Source: Octopus vulgaris (taxonomy: Eukaryota). From it: a stretch of 64,000 nt of DNA. Positions 24,299-37,490 of this stretch are shown here, one piece after another (the first letter of the stretch is position 1; every line of letters starts with the position of its first letter). The notes under the pieces were generated by a model. The model saw only the letters and a list, made by a program, of their open reading frames with translations. It was not told the DNA's origin and ran no database searches. Location of the stretch: NCBI GenBank assembly GCA_951406725.2, contig OX597823.1, positions 65,844,001 through 65,908,000 of the forward strand, read 5' to 3'. The translations under genes were made by a program, and so were the position numbers.

Positions 24299-26729
24299 AC
24301 CTGTTGGACTAGGGCCTCTTAAAAATTTTATTTATAAGAATTTTTCCATATTTAAGGAGACTGCGGTCTTCGTAAAATATGTAGAAGCGCTGCGTTGGTT
24401 AGCTATTTGATGGAGAGCACATGGACAGTGCGAAAAACTCCGTCCACGTAGCGTAAAAGATTGTTTTTAAGGCCAGCAGATGTTAATGTTTCATGATACC
24501 CGATGAAGGAAACCGAGGGTATCCCTATAAACCTGCCTTAATCAGTAATATATATATATTAATCAAAGGAATTTCAACTTTGATTTTGACGTTTTATTTA
24601 CAATCATATAATAACATAATATGAAATAATATGATATAATGAAATGATAGAAATCTAAATGTTCATACTGATTGAACTAATACTTTTATGCATCAAACTA
24701 TCAAATCTTCAGGCTCATATAATAGTGGTGACAGTTATCTTTTACAATTTACAGCTGTAGTGAGATGGCTAAAATGTGTGCCTTAAATACATTTGTATAG
24801 ACTCCACAATGTCAAGTTTTGCAAACTGTATTCTGACCAATCAGTGTGTTGCTTCACTAAAGTTGATTCGAGTTTGTTTAAGTGTCACGGTTTGTTAGAC
24901 ATGTCAAGAGACCTGTAATTTGACCCTGGCCAACGCAGTAATTGTTTGGCTATTTTTAGAAATGTATTAATTTCCCAGAGATTTCTACATTTCAATTACC
25001 ATCGCCATCTTTATTATTGTTGTGTTTGTTGTTTTTGTTGATGGTGTTGACGGTGGTGGAGGTGGTGGTGATGGTTGTGATAGAAGTAGCTGTGGTAATA
25101 AAACCTTAAACCCTAAATAAGATTATTTTTACTGACTTTTCTCTTGACTTAGCTAGTATTTTCCTGTTATCGTCATTATGAGAAATGTTCATATTGATTG
25201 AGCTAGTACCTTCATGCATCAAACTATACATTAAACTATGTATTCTTGTTGTTGCTGTAGGTGGTAGTGGTCGTAGCAGTAGAAATAATACCTCTAAATA
25301 ATATTATTATTTTTTTTTAGCTTTGGTGATAAGTTATCAATAAAGTTCTTTGCTCTGATGTTTCTCTCGATTCCGCTTTGTATGTGTAGATTGCTGAATA
25401 GAAATGTAAATATTTTCCGACCACATGTTGCTAGATGGTTACTCAAAGGTATCTGACAGACATCTGGGTGTTTAATTTGCTGTCGGTGTACACGTCAACG
25501 TTCTGATATTGCATTTTCACTCTGACTCACATATAGTTCTTCACAATTCGGGTATTAGGTACTTCCGAGGAAGAATAGGTGTCGTTAAAAAATTGATTTC
25601 AGATGCGTTTCAGCATATTTTTCGCATTTATATGCCTTCCAGAACTTTTGTTTTCTTATGTTAAGAAATGTTTTCTATGTCTAGCACATCCCTTTTCTTT
25701 TTTTTTTAGATGAGCGTCGTATTCCAGATATCTCTCGTTTATCTCTGACATCCAAGGATGTTGTGGTAGATCGTAAAAGCGTTGATATAATTTCAACTAA
25801 TTCTTAATTCCAGAGTTTTTTTGGGTTCAGTTATCAGTTTTCCGTCTGTAGACTGCTTTACTATTTCTTTTAAAATAGAGGATTGAGTGTCAATCATTGC
25901 GATGCGCGTTGGTAATTTCGATAAAATTTCAATTAGAATTCTTTCTGATTCTGTTAATTTTGTTTGTTGCTTTGTTAACATTTTGATATATACACAATAG
26001 GGATATATATATACAGACGGGTATGTATGATTGTGTGTACATGAATATATTAATCGAAGGAATTCCAACATTGTTTGATTTTCACTCTTATAATAACATA
26101 ATATATAGCTGGTCCAGCTTGCCCTACCCACCATCTAAGCAATTGTATTGAACTTGTTTTGAAACCACTATGTACCTACATACCCAGTTTCATTCAGGAT
26201 AGCATCGACTACCTATCCCATCTTCCCAAAACAACAGAAGCAAATTCACTTTTAATTAGTTAAGCATCTGTATCCACTCAAAACAAATTCATTCACTCAC
26301 CGCAAATTGTGGACTCTCGCAATGTTTGCATGAAGTTACTGAGTTTAGGAAATGGTCATAGTCGGTCACCAGTTGACTTCCACCATATATACGTAAAAGA
26401 ATGCGGTATATAATGTAAGGAAAGAATTCAACAGCTATTGGAATTAAGCGAGGTACATGATATAACTGTAACCGGTTTTCTCAACGAGTAGTAAAGCTTA
26501 TTTGTACAAATAGTTATAGCTACAGGTCATGCTTTTGTAGTGATGCTGCCACATTTTATCGATGGTTAGCGGCATCATAAATTACATCTATCTACCTGTC
26601 TGTCTGTCTATCTACCTGTCTGACAATCTGTCTGTCTGTGTGCCTGTCCCTCTCAGTATGTGTATGTGTGTATGTCTCTCTCTCACTCTGTATATAGATA
26701 GATATGGTTGGCTGGCGTTAAATATTGAC

Positions 26730-26933
26730 TTCAATGTTTGGCACAACAACAGCATTTTCAAGGGAAGAGGAAATTCGATTACATCGCCCTCAGTGCGCGA
26801 GCTGTTCTTATTTTATCGGCTCCGAAAGGATGAATGGTACAGTCACTAACAGCGGAAACTGAACTCGGAACGCAAACACAGAGGAAATGTCACTGAGAAT
26901 ATTGCCAAGCATGGTAATGATTCTGCCAGCTCG
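26730..26933 (-). mobile_element. SINE family A, diverged copy
   Basis: tcgattacatcg...cttattttatcggctccgaaaggatgaa...gattctgccagctcg is the reverse complement of family A. Confidence 0.65.
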
Positions 26934-27371
26934 ACCCACTTTCTGTTTTAAATAATGCTCATAATTAACGCAAATACAATATTAAAGATAATTTGAAACA
27001 AGAGAATTAGAAAGAATGGGGGAATGGAACTAGTTGCATTAAGCTGCTAAACATTAATTGATTGACTATTCCCAATGAATCAAGCACTTTCCATTGTAAA
27101 TAAATTATATACATCATTCAGTATCTTTTCGTTACGTATTATTTTTCTCCTTTTATTTGAAAACGCTAAATATAAATTATGTTTATGTATTTGCTTTGCA
27201 CGATTCCTGAAGTGATATCATGTTTTGAAACACATAATGTTTATATTTCAGGATGATCACTTCAGCTTTATTTCTATAAAGCTGAGGAGTGAAGAACGAG
27301 TGTATAGTGCGTGTGTTTATTTTGAAAAGAAAATTAAAAAATAAAAATATATATCCTCGTAGAATATTTAT

Positions 27372-27779
27372 TTATTTATTACCCACAGGGGGATAAAAAT
27401 AGAGACGACAAACAAGAACAGGCAAAGGAATGAAGTCGATTACATCGACCCGAGTGCGTTACTGGTACTTATTTAATCGACTCCGAAAGGATGAAAGGCA
27501 AAGTTGACCTCGGAAGGACTTGAACTTAAAACCTAACAGCAGACGAAGTACCTATTTCTTTACTACCCACAAGGGGCTAAACGCAGACAGGAGAAACAAG
27601 GACAGACAAACAGATTAAGTCGATTATATCGACCCCAGTGCGTAAGTGGTACTTATTGAATCGACCCCGAAAGGATGAAAGGCAAAGTCGACCCCATCGG
27701 TATTTGAACTGAGAACGTAACTGCAGACGAAATACCGCTAAGCATTTTGCCCGGAGTGCTAACATCTGCCTGCTCGCCG
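27372..27779 (-). mobile_element. SINE family A, dimeric copy
   Basis: Reverse complement of the 17379-17796 architecture, two body units. Confidence 0.85.
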
Positions 27780-28349
27780 AATTATTACAGTAACTGAATA
27801 TAAGCGTTTTGCCAAAATATATTATTTCAGTATTCTAGTCTTTCATACAGGTGTATATACATACATGCATACATACATGCGCGCGAACACACACAACACA
27901 CTCACAAATATACACAATAAATTTCTCCCTACTTGCTGTATGCGTGTTGTTGTTTGTGTATTTGTGTAGTTTGTGCGTTTGCGTGCCTGCGTGCATGAGA
28001 GTGAGAATGTGTGTCCTATAGCTACAAAACATGGAATACAACAAATTCCGTCGACAAGAATATACCAAACACACTATTATTTTACTGTAATATTCAATAT
28101 TTTTCTCATTTCGTATTCGGTACATGATTACATACAAATATGTAAATATATTTAGTACCTACTTTATATACATGCTTTAATTTGAAGTACGACTTTCCGT
28201 TTACTGTTACTTCAACAACATTACGACCAAACACTAATTTTTCCGATTTACAAATTTCTCTCCTTGCTGGGATCCCATCTGGAAAGGTCTAGTCGAAGGA
28301 ATATACCAGAGTGCTTCATTTTAGAGCCTGAAACGCTAGACTATATATA

Positions 28350-28413
<64 letters not shown>

Positions 28414-28543
28414 TTCGAGAATGATCCGGTTCTTGACTGAAGATTGAAGGCTTCGAATGTCCCGTCCGTGTTTTTTTGTATCGTCTTCTAATGCTTTGCG
28501 TTCTTGTCCCAGTTTGTATTTTTTTACATATACACACACACAC

Positions 28544-28588
<45 letters not shown>

Positions 28589-28754
28589 AAATTTAAAGGA
28601 CTGACCACTAAAAGTGGACGGTCAACATGCTAGATATAGACGTCAAATCGCTATTTTCCACAAAGAATATGTTCTCAAATAAAAAAACTCAGCACAAACC
28701 AAAGTATTAAAAATAAGCAAGACAAATGAAAATATACGAAATAAAAATGATTAC

Positions 28755-28821
28755 CTATGTACCGATGAGTTTCGATTGTTAATATCCACACATATGTATA
28801 TCTGCAATCTCATCAGCATAG
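28755..28821 (-). ncRNA. Type I hammerhead ribozyme fold in insert ~28586-28852 between (TA)n tracts
   Basis: Minus strand ctatg-CTGATGA-gattg...caatc-GAAA-ctcatcg-GTA-catag; helix I and basal helix II both perfect 5 bp. Confidence 0.82.
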
Positions 28822-28990
28822 TATGTCATATAGAAATACAATTTTAAATTTATATATATATATATATATATTTAAATATCTGTAAATATAATATGTGACA
28901 ATTATTCGGTAGCTATGTTAAAACTCCGAGTTTCGGATGATTGACTCATTATTAATTATCTTATAACAGCAATGCCTGGGAAAATAATGG

Positions 28991-29509
28991 ATTACAAGGA
29001 AAAATACGAGCATGAAAAGTCATATTCTTAAGATTATAAACTTGGAAATGTACAGGACAAGTTATTACCCATGTAAAGGTATAGGACAATCTATTGCTTC
29101 TGGTAAAGTAAAGGATAAAAAACTTTTTACTTAAAATATTCCAGCTAAAATTAGAATTTTATTATTAAAAATTAATCCATTGTAGTTTACAAATCACACT
29201 ATACCTATTTAAGTAGATTTTGGCTAATTTACTACCTTAAATACTGAAAAAAGAGTGACTAATTAGACAAACTTACAAACTAGCTGAACAGTTTTATATA
29301 ATAAATTTAAAAGATGAGAACTGTTAAGAGTGATGAATTAGAAGAACTGGTATTCTTAGCTGTAATATTTTAAGTAAAATATTTCTTATTCTTTACTTTA
29401 GTAAAATAGCTAGTCCTCTACTTTTACAGGTGTAATAACTTGTCCTGTATTTTTCCAGGTTTATAATCTTAAGAATATGACTATTCATGCTCGCATTTTT
29501 CCATGTAAT
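28991..29509. repeat. Old fold-back / MITE-like inverted repeat (~155 bp arms)
   Basis: 28991-29148 vs 29356-29509, e.g. cgagcatgaaaagtcatattcttaagattataaac / gtttataatcttaagaatatgactattcatgctcg. Confidence 0.8.
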
Positions 29510-29683
29510 ACGTACTTATTTGATATTTACCTTCAAAAAGCAACGAAAAAGCGACGTTTAATCTTTGAATTATTTCTTTATTTCTTTATATACTATACCT
29601 GGACACCTTATAATCTGTTTTAACAGCATTTGTTAATGTAAGGTTAATTAGTAAGTAGGGCTGCATCTTTTAATATGTTTATA

Positions 29684-30973
29684 CGAGGGACGTTCAATAA
29701 GTAATGTCTCTGACCCACTTGCACTTGTTTGATCTAGCTGAAATTTTGCTTGTGCAATTATTTATGTCTCTATAGATTAAGTGGCAAATTACAGCTCTGA
29801 ATTAATTGTGGTTTCTGATTTACAGGTGTTTGAACCGAGTCAAGTGTGAGATGGAGCCTGTTGAGTGTCGAGCAGTGATCCGGTTTTTGTATTTGAAAGG
29901 ACGCACACCACGGGAGACTTTTGATGAAATGAAAGTAACTTATGGTGATGATGCCCCATCATATGACCTTGTAAAACGCTGGCATCGTGAATTCAAACAT
30001 GGTCGGAACTCTGTGGAAACAGCTCCCAGATCTGGTCGCCCCTTCTGCCATTGATGAGGCATCTGTCCGTCAAGTTGAGGCTGCCATTTTGGAAGATCGA
30101 CGCATAATTCTTCGCCAAATAGCCCATGAGGTCAAGATTAGTACCGGGTCTGTGGAAACTATCATTCATGACCATTTGCATATGCAAAAGGTGTCTGCCA
30201 GATGAATTCCCAGGTTGCTCACGCCTTTCCAGAAGCAAGAACGCGTCGAGTGCTCGAGGGTGAATTTGGAGATGTGCCAAGAAGATGAGTCAACATTTTT
30301 CAAAAGACTGATTACACAGGATGAAACCTGGGTCCATCACGATGATCCAGAGACCAAATCCCAGTCAATGCAGTGGAAGCACCGTGACTCACCCCCTCCA
30401 AAGAAGGCAAGGGTGCAGCCCTCCGCTGGCAAGGTCATGCTCACAGTCTTCTGGGACCAGGACGGAGTAGTGATGACATATTTCCTGGCAAAGGGTATCA
30501 CAATTGCAGGAGCCTATTATGCTTCACTTTTGAGGAAATTAAGAGAAGTTATCAAAATCAAGAGGCGGGGCAAGATCAGCAAAGGCATCCTCCTCCTGCA
30601 GGACAACGCTCCGGTCCACAACTCGCTTGTCGCCAGATCAGAAGCACAGGCGTATGGCTATGAACTCCTCCCTCATCCCCCTACTTTCCTGACCTTGCAC
30701 CCTCTGATTTTCACCTCTTCCCAGTCATGAAGTTGTTTTTGAAAGGAAAGCGTTTCCCAGATGATGCAGCCTTGATTTCTGAAGTCACGTTCAGGTTGGA
30801 GGACCAAGCTGGGGTCTTCTACAAAAACGGTCTGCAGAGCCGCATCAAACAATGGGAGAAATGCGTAACACTGGGTGGTTCCTATGTAGAAAAAGACTAA
30901 TAACTGGGCCAAGTTTCGTTGCTCTACTGCTATGGGAAGTGGGTCAGGGGCATTACTTATTGAACGCCCCTCG
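29684..30973 (+). mobile_element. Near full-length mariner transposon (1290 bp), TA target duplication
   Basis: 37 bp TIRs cgagggacgttcaataagtaatgtctctgacccactt / aagtgggtcaggggcattacttattgaacgcccctcg, flanked by TA on both sides. Confidence 0.95.
29851..30900 (+). pseudogene. Mariner D,D34D transposase pseudogene
   Basis: MEPVECRAVIRFL..., RSGRP, *IPRLL (WVPR motif hit by a stop at 30203-30205), ITQDETW, LLQDNAPVH, PDLAPSDFHLF; 34 residues between second and third D after correcting a frameshift near 30680; another frameshift near 30041. Confidence 0.93.
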
Positions 30974-31263
30974 TATATATATTTGTCATATATTTTTATA
31001 GATTTGCATAATATGTCGAAAATAAATGTCTATTATATTTCTAATATTATTAGTGTGTCTATAATTTTGAAATGTTTGGTATTGTTTCGATGTTGGATAA
31101 TGTTTTCATTGTTTCAGCATAGAATATTTATAATGAGAGATGCATTAAATATATTAGAATTACACCTTTTAGCTCGATTTATATTGTAACTTTCTAAATT
31201 GTCGAACATGTCTGACGTCTCATCTTTAATTAGAAAATATCTATATACATACACATACACATA

Positions 31264-31314
<51 letters not shown>

Positions 31315-31430
31315 CCATACATATGTACATATATATTCATACGTACATACATACATTCATACATACATACACACACATATATATATATATGCGAACGTAT
31401 ATATACAGAGAGAGAGAGAGAGAGATAGAT

Positions 31431-31732
<302 letters not shown>

Positions 31733-31890
31733 CGGCAGACTTCCTTCAGTTTCCATTTACCAAATGTACTCACAAAGCTTTGGTCGGCTCGAAGATATAG
31801 TAGAAAACACTTGCCAAAATGCTACACATTAAGATTGAATTTGTAACCATGTGGATAGGTTACAACATTCTTACCACTTAGCCGCCTTGC
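31733..31890 (-). mobile_element. SINE family C 5' half
   Basis: cttccttcagtttccatttaccaaatgtactcacaaagctttggtcggc...aaccatgtgg is the reverse complement of 8070-8235. Confidence 0.7.
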
Positions 31891-32799
31891 ATCTTCATAC
31901 ACCTACATTATGTAGTGTTCACTCCCAAGTCAGTATTCAAATTGATCAAGGGTCGACTCTGACTTTCGTGTGTTAGTAGACCGTAATGTACAAACTGATA
32001 TAACTAGTATTAAATTAATATCCCACAAAATTGTTCATTAGACCGATATATATAACTTGAAACAAATACAAACATAGAAACGAAATGTTTTGTCATGTTT
32101 ACATTTATTATATTACTTCAAGCGATTTACTAACCGGACAGTCTAACAAAAAGGACATCAATATTCGTTTATGTGAATGTGAGACAACATAATTAACCTT
32201 TGTCAATATTCTGATTTGCAGAAGTCCATCTATCAATTTATTTGGTTTATCACTGTTACCTTAGATGAATACATTTATGTACTAATTGACAGAACTTAAT
32301 CACTAACATCAGCATTGCAGGCACCTATCATGATTCATATATTATGTCTTATGTTGTTTGAAAGGAGTGAAGCTTCCGCATGCACCGGCTACAATCACGT
32401 ACGTTCTATATATACCTTTAATTAATGGATCTACTCTTCGAGACATTTATCGTTTCTCTCATGTCTCATTATACTCAGGTATGCTTCTTTTCAAATGAAT
32501 AATTTGTCCGGTGAAGTTTACACCGTCATCTGTCTTAAAACAGAGGCAGCGTAAAGAGAATTAATTCATAATTCTAAGCTATAGAATTCTGAATGACGAA
32601 ACCTGACGGGCACAAGTATCAGCCAATTCGATCGGTTCCATTAATTAACTGGTACACAATTATAGAATCTACTTAAAGTCAGACAAAATTACCTCGACAG
32701 AGTTTCATCGTAAAATACTGGGACTTGATACTGCACAGGATCAAATTTAAAACATTTCATCCATAAATTGTGAATTCAGGAGATATGATAATTATTATA

Positions 32800-34343
32800 A
32801 AACAACAAAAGTTTTATTGTCTGCTATCCAGACAAATGGTGCTGTACTAAATTAAATCGAGTACGATGATTACGAATCTGAACTCAGAATTGCTGCAGCC
32901 CGTCGGAATTTTGAATTATGCATATAATTATATATTAATGCGTTATTATAATCAAGAATAGTTACGTTCAAGGCAAATAATTATCATAATAGTATATTAG
33001 TACTTTATATAGGGAATTTATGTTCTAGATAAATATTATTATAATATAATTGTGCGTTGTATGTTTATGTTAAGGGAACACTCATTCTATTTTTGATATG
33101 CTCAATTCAGAAATGTTTGAGACACTTGCTCTTGCGCTTATGCGTCGTGCTGGTCTCCCGTTGTAGAAACCAGCAGTAGTCACCCATCATGTGTGGATTG
33201 ATTCGGGCTTGATACCTCGTTTCCACCTCAGATATGTCCTAATGGAACCTCTCACTATGCTCATCACTAAGGGCACCAAGATTCGTTGGAAAAAATCGAG
33301 AAGAGAATGCAAGAAGTGCATTTTAAGGGACATTCGGCATCTCATTCTTTCCTACCCTGTTAGCATGTTGTTTATTAAATCAGCATAGTTTTCAGCCCTA
33401 TGATTTCCAAGAAAGTTCTGTACAACTAATACGAATGGAATCCATACCGTCAGCTCAACTGTATTCAATTTACCTCTGAATTTATTAACATATATCAATT
33501 CTCTGATCTCAGGTCCAATGAAAATGCCTGCTCAAAAACTGAGACAGGGTTCTCGAAGTCATGTGGGACCAGTTTTAGGGCTGGCTTACAATTTGCATAC
33601 ACAATTTTTGCTTTGGTCTTCTTTGAGAACACATGCAAAGTCATGCAAAAGTAACAATCAGAGACATGATAGGCTGGCTCACGCCATACCATTAGTACAG
33701 CAGAAGACATGTGCTTCCGTTTTCCGTTCAGCCACTGTGTAAGCCCTGAGTAACACACAGTGCAAGATTTATGAGGCACCCACCTCTTGTCTTGGACCCC
33801 AACTATACACCCGAAATAATATTTATAGGAAGTTTTTAATTTAGTGGCAATGTTCTTCAGCTTGTCATACGGAGAAAATTTTCCAGACAACAAGAATTGT
33901 CAGGGTGATTCACACGGCCTCTTCTATTGATGATTTAACACGATGAACACAGTTAAAACAATAATCACGCAAAGGGAGAGATATACATACCACACGTGAC
34001 GGCAGCGCAAACGACGCTGAGAGTTACCAAGAACAAACTGACGTATTTGGCATTGCATTCAATACATCAGTGCCATCTTTTGCTAAACTAAATAATAAAC
34101 TGTTTCATTATTTCTTGTTATTTCTGTTATTTCTTTAATTTTCGATTAAGAACGATTTCATTTTAGCAAATTTTATAATACGGCTTATATCTAGCCGAAA
34201 GTGTTGTTATAATATTGCGCATGCGTATAACTTAAAATCCTGAAGTATTTAAACAATTCTCAGTGCGGATCCGGAATCAGTATCCTCGATTTAGTGTAAA
34301 ACACATGCTTGTACCCCAGTAGCACAATCTTTGTTTTCCAGTG
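32800..34343 (-). mobile_element. Chapaev3-like (CMC superfamily) DNA transposon, internally deleted
   Basis: N-terminal QDKRWVPHKSCTVC...MVWREPAYHVSDCYFC (ORF 33495-33893) joined to C-terminal GNHRAENYADL...CRMSLKMHFLHSLLDFF (~33280-33410); right end cagtg|taa; subterminal inverted similarity taaatcgagtacgatgattacgaatctgaactcagaattg vs caattctcagtgcggatccggaatcagtatcctcgattta; left terminus not resolved. Confidence 0.75.
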
Positions 34344-34516
34344 TAATTGATGTAAAACCTCCATATTTCATTTTCAATCCTCGTAGTGTTGCATGAATAT
34401 AGTATATCATTACTCTATTCATATCACCGAAGTCTTTTGTCAACTGGATGCAAATGTACCTCTGTGCCATCCTTGATAAGAATGTATCATATTCAGGTAT
34501 TTGTTATAAACATATG

Positions 34517-34589
<73 letters not shown>

Positions 34590-35284
34590 TATACCACGCA
34601 CATCCTGCCGATACCACGTGCAAGACAATAGTATGTGTCCCATAGCTCAGAAGACCGCGTAGGCGAGCTCAGCAAACCAACTTACTTAGAGCGGAAGAAG
34701 CAGTAGTCAAAGAAGTCAGAATAATTGAAAATAACAACCAAAACCGTTGAATACAACGGAAATGCAAGAACTTTATCTAAAAAGCCAATAACATTTATGG
34801 AATGAATAAACAGGTCTTTGAAGAGATTTTAGAGTTCTTTTATTTACCTCTGAAATGTGTAGCCTTCTTCTGGTGAGCTCTTTTCTGTTTCTTATTAATG
34901 GACTATTGTTACTTCTGAATGCACTGTTCCATTCCACCTTCTTTATGTTGCTAACTTCACACTAATTTCTATTGTATATTCTGTTAAGAACGTAGTAGTG
35001 TACAACTGTATAAAGCTCGCCCACCTTCAGATTTCACCCTGTGCTATCCAGTTGTATAGCAGAATACGTACTTCCAGGTTTGCGTCTGGCCATTTGTCGT
35101 GTGTGAATAGATAATTGACTCTTAATTATTTTTCCATTACATATATAATATAATATTATTATCGTAAACTTTCCCTTTATATATATATATTTCTTCCCTT
35201 CTTTCCTGAACGTCCAATAATACTTTATTTGTTCCACGTCCTCGCGTTGTTGTGTTTCTTTGCTTTTGTGTTTTCTTATTTGGA

Positions 35285-35347
<63 letters not shown>

Positions 35348-37042
35348 TATATTTGTGTGTCTGTGTACATTGATTGTATGTGTGTTTGTGTAGATTGATA
35401 GGTAGATAGACAGATAGAAATATATATAGATAGATAGATGATGGATGGATGGATGGAGACACATGCAAACATACAAAGAGATAGAAATCATGCATACCTA
35501 TATCTTTCAAGGCGACGCATCGCTTGAAGGTACCTTCTTTTTCTTCTTTTCGTTTTGGGATATTGCTGTTGCTTTTGGTAGCAACACTTGAAATACATTG
35601 TAAGCACTCTGATTACAGTATAAGCAATGACATACGTAAAAGAGGTGCTGTCGTGCGAATGTGTATGAATAGATGACTACTAAGGAAACGTTGATATTTC
35701 CACTCGTAGGAAGACTGTCTATTACATTCTCATTTTTCTCGATACATTTGACCCAAATAGAATTTTTGACCCAAATAGAATAGATACAAGTAAAAAATAA
35801 AAAGCTCCAGAGAATTAGATCGTGAGAATTCCATCCTGTATATCAATCATTTTCCTGATTCTTCAATTTGTGGACATTTTCAGCGTAAAATTTATCATGC
35901 TCCATATGAAAAATCTAATTTAAATCTAAATGAATCGATTTGTTTGACTAAATACAGAAGAAAACTAATAAACTTCACATGATTTTTGCGTAATTGCTCA
36001 GCTTGGATGAAACGAGAGAGGATAATTGCACCAATGCACATAAATTACACCACTGCATATAAATAGCAAAGCTATAATTTTCAAAATCATTATATTGAAA
36101 AGAACACCTCTCAAATAAATTGCACGCAAAATTTTTGTAATGAAATTGTTCGATATGTTGAAAATCTATATATTTAACTATAAAATTGAAACAAGTATCG
36201 ACATTTACTATGACAATAAAAATCACTTTTTTTCATACACAACAGAGCATAATTTATCAAAGTCTATGAAATTATAAGAAATTCCTAATTTCCTATGCTG
36301 AAAATGTATCACTTCTGAAAAAAGTCGCGTTCGTGTAGTGTCTGTAATCAATGTACATTAGAACAAAACTTTCTTGGTTAATCATCAAATTTGCATTTTC
36401 TATCACGCGAAGTTAATGAAGTGGATGTACGGTATTGGGAGACTGAATCTACGAACCGTTTCATAAACACACTACATCAACCTCCCTCGTTTTCTGTCTT
36501 TAAAAACATGGTGTAACCCATTAGAAAATAGAGCTGAATGTTCCAGTTATTCAGTTTTATTCTAGTTTGAAGATGACTCCATAGTTTTTACGCACAAAAT
36601 GTAAGGTACCATATGGAGAGTAATGTTCTTTACTGCTAAATGTACAAATATATGTAGTTCTCCCGTAGAAGAACCGTAATTAAATTCTGAGAAGCTACTC
36701 TATTTATAGTTTCGTAGCAAGACAGCAACAAGCCATAATTAACTCTTTGTTTATTTCCTACTCCAATCCAAGAAAATTAAAATTCATAGGTTTTGCCTTG
36801 TCACGTTGCAAGAGCAATAAAAATGTGAAACAATTAACTATAAATACGTAATTATTTGCACTCTTGTGTGAATTAGTGGACATTGATTTACTTTATTCTC
36901 TAACTTATTCATCACATCACTTCCTATATTTGTCTCTGTGTATATATAAATGTAAATAAATATATATATATATACATACATATGAGTATATGTATCTATA
37001 TACATATACGTAAATACACACGCATTCAAACACACACACACT

Positions 37043-37078
<36 letters not shown>

Positions 37079-37091
37079 CACATATATATAT

Positions 37092-37204
<113 letters not shown>

Positions 37205-37242
37205 GTCAAAAATTGTGAAGCATGACTGTCAACACTACTACA

Positions 37243-37287
37243 TGAACCCGAAGATTGCAGAATTCAATGCATGAAAGTACTAGTTCA
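37243..37287 (+). ncRNA. Minimal hammerhead fold with one core substitution, in insert 37201-37418 between (TA)n tracts
   Basis: tgaac-CCGAAGA-ttgca-gaattcaa-tgcat-GAAA-gta-CTA-gttca; helix I perfect, helix III palindrome agtact; CUGA is changed to CCGA. Confidence 0.65.
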
Positions 37288-37412
37288 ATCAGAATGAATA
37301 TTTAACATTCTACTATTTCATTTTATTTTATTCAATTATAATATATTATCTTATAATATATCATTATAAGATTGTAAATAAAACGTGAAAATCAGACAAG
37401 GTTGGAATTCTT

Positions 37413-37490
<78 letters not shown>

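Noticed and set aside
24496-24535. gatacccgatgaaggaaaccgagggtatc hairpin as a hammerhead
   Set aside because: Core mutated and no credible helix II
28431-28470. ctgaagattgaaggcttcgaat as a + strand hammerhead
   Set aside because: GAAT instead of GAAA and no helix I or III
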